Of a DNA stretch of 28,758 nt, positions 24,825 to 28,758 are shown in pieces. Position 1 is the first letter of the stretch; each line of letters opens with the position of its first letter. Source of the DNA: Candidatus Acidiferrales bacterium (GTDB lineage: Bacteria > Acidobacteriota > Terriglobia > Acidiferrales > UBA7541); assembly GCA_030044295.1 (NCBI GenBank), contig JASHWB010000242.1, forward strand, positions 1-28,758. Direction: 5' to 3'. The translations under genes were made by a program, and so were the position numbers. The notes under the pieces were generated by a model. The model saw nothing but the letters and a program-made list of their open reading frames with translations. It ran no database searches and was not told the DNA's origin.

Positions 24825-25580
24825 ATGGGTACGATCGCACGCATCGCGGAGAAGGAACTCGGGACAGGTCGCCACGGCGATCTGTCCCTTCCTTTCGATT
24901 CGCCCTGGCGAGTCGCTGCTTCGCAATCCGGTTCCACTGACTCTGGCACCGCTCCTCTGCAACTGAAGGTGGCGCAAGAGGAAATCTCCGCCCTGCGCAC
25001 AGCCGTGGTTTGCTCGCTCAACCAGCTGCTCGACCTAAAAGACTTGAATACGGGCGTTCATAGCACGCGGCTGGCTGAATGGGCGCTTCATGTGGCGGGC
25101 GAAATTGGCCTCGACGAAACGGCGTTTCCAGACATCGAGGTCGCGGCGTTGCTTCACGACATCGGCAAGATTGGCATCCCGGATGCGATCCTAAACAAGC
25201 CAGGTCGCCTGACTGGCGACGAGTACGATCTGATGAAAAAACATCCGGAATACGGTTGGATCGTGCTGCGCAGCTTGCCGGGATTCGAGCGCGTCAGCCT
25301 GCTGATCCTGCACCACCACGAAAGTTTCGACGGCAAAGGCTATCCAGGCGGTTTGGCCGGTGACGAAATTCCCATGGGCTCGCGCATCGTCTCGGTCATC
25401 GACGCATTTGATGCCATGGTTTCGTCACGCCCCTACCGGCAAGGCCTGCCGCTCGAAGAAGCAACGCGCAGGCTGATCCAAGCGAGTGGGACGCAATTCG
25501 ATCCGCGCGTTGTGGAACGCTTCCTGCCGCTGGCGCAGGCCGAAATGCCATCCGTTCTCGCAGCCGTCGGCGCAGGGTAG
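24825..25580 (+). CDS. Stand-alone HD-GYP domain phosphodiesterase (cyclic dinucleotide, probably c-di-GMP)
   Basis: TGVHSTRL, LLHDIGKIGIPDAILNKPGRLT, KHPEYG, HHHESFDGKGYP, RIVSVIDAFDAM and RPYR. ATG 24825 (TTG 24819 in frame), 15 nt after the S8 stop. Confidence 0.92.
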   Translation: MGTIARIAEKELGTGRHGDLSLPFDSPWRVAASQSGSTDSGTAPLQLKVAQEEISALRTAVVCSLNQLLDLKDLNTGVHSTRLAEWALHVAGEIGLDETAFPDIEVAALLHDIGKIGIPDAILNKPGRLTGDEYDLMKKHPEYGWIVLRSLPGFERVSLLILHHHESFDGKGYPGGLAGDEIPMGSRIVSVIDAFDAMVSSRPYRQGLPLEEATRRLIQASGTQFDPRVVERFLPLAQAEMPSVLAAVGAG

Positions 25581-25981
25581 CCGCAAGCGCGATTCGATTT
25601 GACGTTAATCCTGCCGGACGTTCTTTTGTCCTTCCCGGATGTTTCGCAATTCTCTCCACCAAAGCTCGCAATCCTTCGGGAAAGACGAACCCGATTCCGG
25701 ACCTGAGTTAAAGCTCGCTGGAATTACGGCCTCCCCTGGCATTGCTTTGGACAGCCGACGAACTGCTGACATCGCGATACTCTTAGCTTCCAGCTCCACC
25801 AGTTTTGTTACCCGCCAGGGAGTCGCTCGCGGATAGTCGTTTTCCTCGCTAGGGATGGCAATCAATGAGGCGCTCCTGGGCCGAAGCGGTTATCATCCGA
25901 ACCCAGCCGCCCGGGGCAAGCCGCACCGCGGCAAGACGGTCCGTAAATGACCAGCGATTGCCATAACCGACCGGCAGTTTG

Positions 25982-27334
25982 ATGAGCGAAACACCTAGCA
26001 CTGAAAACCACGTGCCCGTGGCGCAGTCCGGCTCGCCATCTGCGGATGGATCACGGCGCTCGGGCCTCGCCGAAAAGATTGGACATTATCGCTGGACCAT
26101 CTGTGCGATGGTTTTTTTCGCCACCACGATCAACTACATGGACCGGCAAGTCCTCGGCTTGCTGAATCCATTGCTGCAAACCAAAATCGGCTGGAACGAC
26201 ATTCAGTACGGCTACATCGTTGACGCCTTCGTCGCCGCGTATGCCATCGGCTTTCTCTTCATGGGCAGGCTGATCGACCGCGTGGGCACGAGAATAGGAT
26301 ATGGAATATCAATCGGGATTTGGAGCCTGGCAGCCATGTCGCACGCCCTGGTGCGCACGGCGTTCGGCTTTGGGGCCGCGAGATTCGCGCTAGGACTGGG
26401 AGAATCGGGAAACTTTCCCGCGGGCGTCAAGACCGTCGCCGAATGGTTTCCACGGAAGGAACGCGCTCTCGCGACCGGAATTTTCAATTGCGGCACGAAT
26501 GTCGGCGCCACCATCGCGCCTTTCGTGGTCCCATGGATCGCTATCAAATGGGGCTGGCAATTTGGCTTTCTATTTACCGGATTCTTCAGCGCAGTCTGGG
26601 TAGTTGCCTGGTTCAAGGTTTATCGCAAGCCGCAGGATCATCCAAAGCTCTCCGCTGCGGAGCTGGCCTACATCCAGCGCGATCCAGTGGAACCCGTCGC
26701 CAAAGTTGCCTGGTCTACGTTGCTGCCGCACAAGCAAACGTGGGCATTCATCATCGGCAAGTTTTTGACCGACCCGATCTGGTGGTTCTATCTCTATTGG
26801 CTGCCCACCTACTTCACCACCAAGCATGGACTCTCGCTCACAGGTCTTGGTCTTCCGCTGCTCGTCATCTACAACGCGGCTTCGGTCGGCAGTATCTTCG
26901 GCGGTTGGCTCGCAGCCCGGTTTCTCAAGGCTGGTTGGAGTGCCAACCGCGCCCGGAAAACAGCCATGCTGATCTGCGCGGCGTCCGTGTCTCCGATCAT
27001 CCTGGCCGCGCGAACGCATGGCCTCTGGGAAACCGTGGCTCTGATCAGCATAGCCGTTGCGGCGCATCAAGGCTGGTCGGCAAATCTGTTTACCTTGGCG
27101 TCGGACATGTTTCCTGCGCGAGCTGTGGCCAGCGTTGTGGGAATCGGCGGATTTGGAGGGGCGATCGGCGGCATGTTGATCGCGACGTTCACAGGTTTTC
27201 TGCTGCAGCTCACGGGAAGCTACGTCCCGATTTTCGTGATTTCCGGTTCCGTCTACCTGGTCGCGCTGCTGGTCATCCAGATTTTGACGCCGCGACTGAT
27301 TCCGGCAGAGATTCAGGGCGACGCATTGGCATAG
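25982..27334 (+). CDS. exuT: MFS transporter, ExuT/hexuronate (ACS family) type
   Basis: YRWTICAMVFFATTINYMDRQVL, GRLIDRVG, LGESGNFPAGVKTVAEWFPRKERALATGIFN, DPIWWFYLYWLP and AAHQGWSANLFT. Confidence 0.88.
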   Translation: MSETPSTENHVPVAQSGSPSADGSRRSGLAEKIGHYRWTICAMVFFATTINYMDRQVLGLLNPLLQTKIGWNDIQYGYIVDAFVAAYAIGFLFMGRLIDRVGTRIGYGISIGIWSLAAMSHALVRTAFGFGAARFALGLGESGNFPAGVKTVAEWFPRKERALATGIFNCGTNVGATIAPFVVPWIAIKWGWQFGFLFTGFFSAVWVVAWFKVYRKPQDHPKLSAAELAYIQRDPVEPVAKVAWSTLLPHKQTWAFIIGKFLTDPIWWFYLYWLPTYFTTKHGLSLTGLGLPLLVIYNAASVGSIFGGWLAARFLKAGWSANRARKTAMLICAASVSPIILAARTHGLWETVALISIAVAAHQGWSANLFTLASDMFPARAVASVVGIGGFGGAIGGMLIATFTGFLLQLTGSYVPIFVISGSVYLVALLVIQILTPRLIPAEIQGDALA

Positions 27335-27370
27335 CTCGCGCGGCATCCAAGCGCCGCGATAGGCAATCCT

Positions 27371-27417
27371 TGCAGCCCGCGTGCCAGGTACGCTCTGTAC
27401 CTCATGTCGCCGAGTTG
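27371..27417. repeat. Degenerate 25-bp-period direct repeat next to the tRNA 3' end; possible decayed IS-end remnant
   Basis: TGCAGCCCGCGT-GCCAGGT (27371) versus TGTACCTCATGTCGCCGAGT (27396). From memory it resembles the TGTAACCCATGTCTCCG-type iterated ends of IS481-like elements; no transposase is present. Confidence 0.3.
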
Positions 27418-27430
27418 GATAGGGAGAAAG

Positions 27431-27508
27431 TGGTCGGGGCGAGTGGATTTGAACCACCGACCTCCTGGTCCCGAACCAGGCGCTCTAGCCAGGCTGAGCC
27501 ACGCCCCG
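27431..27508 (-). tRNA. tRNA-Pro (anticodon CGG)
   Basis: Minus strand CGGGGCG TG GCTC AGCCTGGCTA GAGC G CCTGG TTCGGGA CCAGG AGGTC GGTGG TTCAAAT CCACT CGCCCCG A CCA: full cloverleaf, C1:G72, A73 and encoded CCA. Confidence 0.98.
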
Positions 27509-27529
27509 ATGTGATTGCGGTTGCACACC

Positions 27530-27558
27530 AGTTTACTGTGCATCGCGCCGGACCGCAA
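27530..27558 (-). promoter_or_regulatory. Sigma70 promoter of tRNA-Pro
   Basis: TTGCGG (27558-27553), N17, TAAACT (27535-27530), ending 21 nt upstream of the tRNA 5' end. Confidence 0.7.
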
Positions 27559-27590
27559 CGGTCGCGAATAGGAGACAACGGGGCAGAAAT

Positions 27591-28758
27591 TCACGCGCTC
27601 TCCGAAATTGAAGGCCCGGCGTCATCTTCTGAATCCGGTGCGTCCGCTTCGTTTTCAGCCGCGGATGCGATTGGCGTAACGCGGCGCATCTGAAAGCCGT
27701 GCGCGGTATCAGCGAAGCCGGCTTGCTCCAAGAACGGCGCAAGGAAATGTTCGCGGCCAGGAGCGCCATTGACCGTTTCGATCAATAGGCCGGAACCGCG
27801 ACTTTGGCGGCGCACCGCAATTTCGGCAAATTTCTGAGCTAGCGCGCGGGCGAAGGCGCTGCGCTCGGGATCGGCGTCTGGCAGCAAAACGCGAACGGCC
27901 GGGTTGCGGCGCCGGAAAAACGCCGCGAGCCGCCCGTTGATCAGGATCACGGAAGCGCCGCGAACGCGCGCCATCATCGCTTTCTCTGATGAGTCTTCCT
28001 GGCGCGGCCACGGCCGTACGGCGCCGTAAGGATTCGCCGGGTCGGATGCCGCGAGGTGGATCGCTTCCGGCGCGGACGGATCGGCACGCAGCGAACGAAG
28101 CGTTTCAACGGCTGCAGGCACCGCGAATTGCGATGCACCGAGAGACGCCACGAACATGCCGCGGCGGATGCGTCCGCTCTCTTCCATCAATCTCAGCGCG
28201 GGATAGATTGTCTGATAGCCGCCGGGAATATTTTCGGAAAGCGCGGTTTCGCGGACAACGATGCCGTGCCGAAGCAACAGTTGTTGCGCCAAATTCGCGC
28301 TCCATTCGGTCGGAGTTGCGGAGGCAGCGATCCGCGATTCGATGAGCGACCAACGGCCCTGTCCCGGTCCGCCCGCGGAACCGCGGGAGCGTAAGCGCCG
28401 CAAATATTCGGGCGAGCCGGGCAGCGCGCCAGCGACTTCGGAATGGCTGATCCGCGTCGAATCCGGAGGGCGCATCCAGTGCCTCAGGGCATCGAGCGAA
28501 TCGTTGGTCAGCAAACCGGACCAGACGACCTCCCAAAGAGCGTCCAGGGTGTCGCCGGGAAAACCGCCGCCGCAAGCGGCATGAATTTCGGAGAAAAACG
28601 AAGCGCCGCGCTGCTCGAGAAACGAAACAAGACGCTGAGCACGTTCGGAGAGTGCCGAGCGATTCTGGCGGAGGTCGCGCGGAGGATACAGCCGCGCCAG
28701 CGAAGCCGTGTGATAGAGCGCGATGCGGCCGTCGCGTTCGCCGATGCGCTCGATGCCT
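27591..28758 (-). CDS. lhr: Lhr-family large helicase-related protein, C-terminal part; gene starts beyond the right edge
   Basis: The frame stays open from 28757: GRIALY...RGASFFSEI...DALWEVVWSGLLTNDSLDALR, then GRWSL, LLLRHGIVVRE, GGYQTIYPALRLMEESGRIRRGMFVASLGASQFA and LAASDPANPYGA, all typical Lhr C-terminal motifs. Confidence 0.9.
   Translation of the reverse strand, partial: GIERIGERDGRIALYHTASLARLYPPRDLRQNRSALSERAQRLVSFLEQRGASFFSEIHAACGGGFPGDTLDALWEVVWSGLLTNDSLDALRHWMRPPDSTRISHSEVAGALPGSPEYLRRLRSRGSAGGPGQGRWSLIESRIAASATPTEWSANLAQQLLLRHGIVVRETALSENIPGGYQTIYPALRLMEESGRIRRGMFVASLGASQFAVPAAVETLRSLRADPSAPEAIHLAASDPANPYGAVRPWPRQEDSSEKAMMARVRGASVILINGRLAAFFRRRNPAVRVLLPDADPERSAFARALAQKFAEIAVRRQSRGSGLLIETVNGAPGREHFLAPFLEQAGFADTAHGFQMRRVTPIASAAENEADAPDSEDDAGPSISESA

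Noticed and set aside
19607-25580. CRISPR type III-E (Craspase) locus or array near the TPR-CHAT gene
   Set aside because: No cas7-11 or other cas gene and no repeat-spacer array. The 24-bp repeat is a coding tandem repeat without spacers.
27339-27358. Hairpin CGCGGC-N8-GCCGCG between the convergent exuT and tRNA
   Set aside because: Only a 6-bp stem and no U-tract on either strand; not enough to call a terminator.
13578-27430. Idea that the signalling operon is an island integrated at tRNA-Pro
   Set aside because: No integrase next to the tRNA, and I found no duplicate of the tRNA 3' end (att site) in the window by eye. It is not excluded if the other boundary lies outside the window.
26570-27457. 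295-aa minus-strand ORF
   Set aside because: Antisense to the well-supported exuT; no recognizable domain or RBS.
26320-27693. 457-aa plus-strand ORF overlapping exuT and the tRNA
   Set aside because: Alternative frame of exuT, R/G/S-rich with no motifs, and it runs antisense through the tRNA; typical high-GC shadow ORF.

Overview
GC-rich bacterial chromosomal window; the gene styles suggest Acidobacteriota, which is an inference. Left to right: (1) the 5' part of a minus-strand secreted GH35-like beta-galactosidase that runs off the left edge and is missing from the ORF track, plus a divergent exported VOC/glyoxalase-fold gene; (2) a minus-strand Wzx/Wzy-dependent capsule/EPS cluster (kinase-less co-polymerase, Wzy, three glycosyltransferases, Wzx, large multi-SLBB export protein, priming phosphoglycosyltransferase, Wzi; 1302-13196); (3) a divergent ~12 kb plus-strand gene string: Opp/Dpp-type peptide ABC transporter (D-F-B-C-A), ECF sigma factor (ECF54-like), TPR-CHAT caspase-like protease with an intact His/Cys dyad, soluble zinc-finger anti-sigma-like protein, secreted S8 subtilase with a tandem DQHTAAML repeat, and a stand-alone HD-GYP phosphodiesterase; (4) an ExuT-type MFS transporter, tRNA-Pro(CGG) with its sigma70 promoter, and the 3' part of an lhr helicase gene. 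Block 3 is the best candidate for an undescribed system. It has the parts list for a peptide-import, TPR-sensing, CHAT-proteolysis, anti-sigma-release circuit, resembling the Craspase Csx29/Csx30/sigma output but without CRISPR, and it sits head-to-head with a capsule operon. The components and their coupling are visible in the sequence; the mechanism is hypothesis. No database searches were run.
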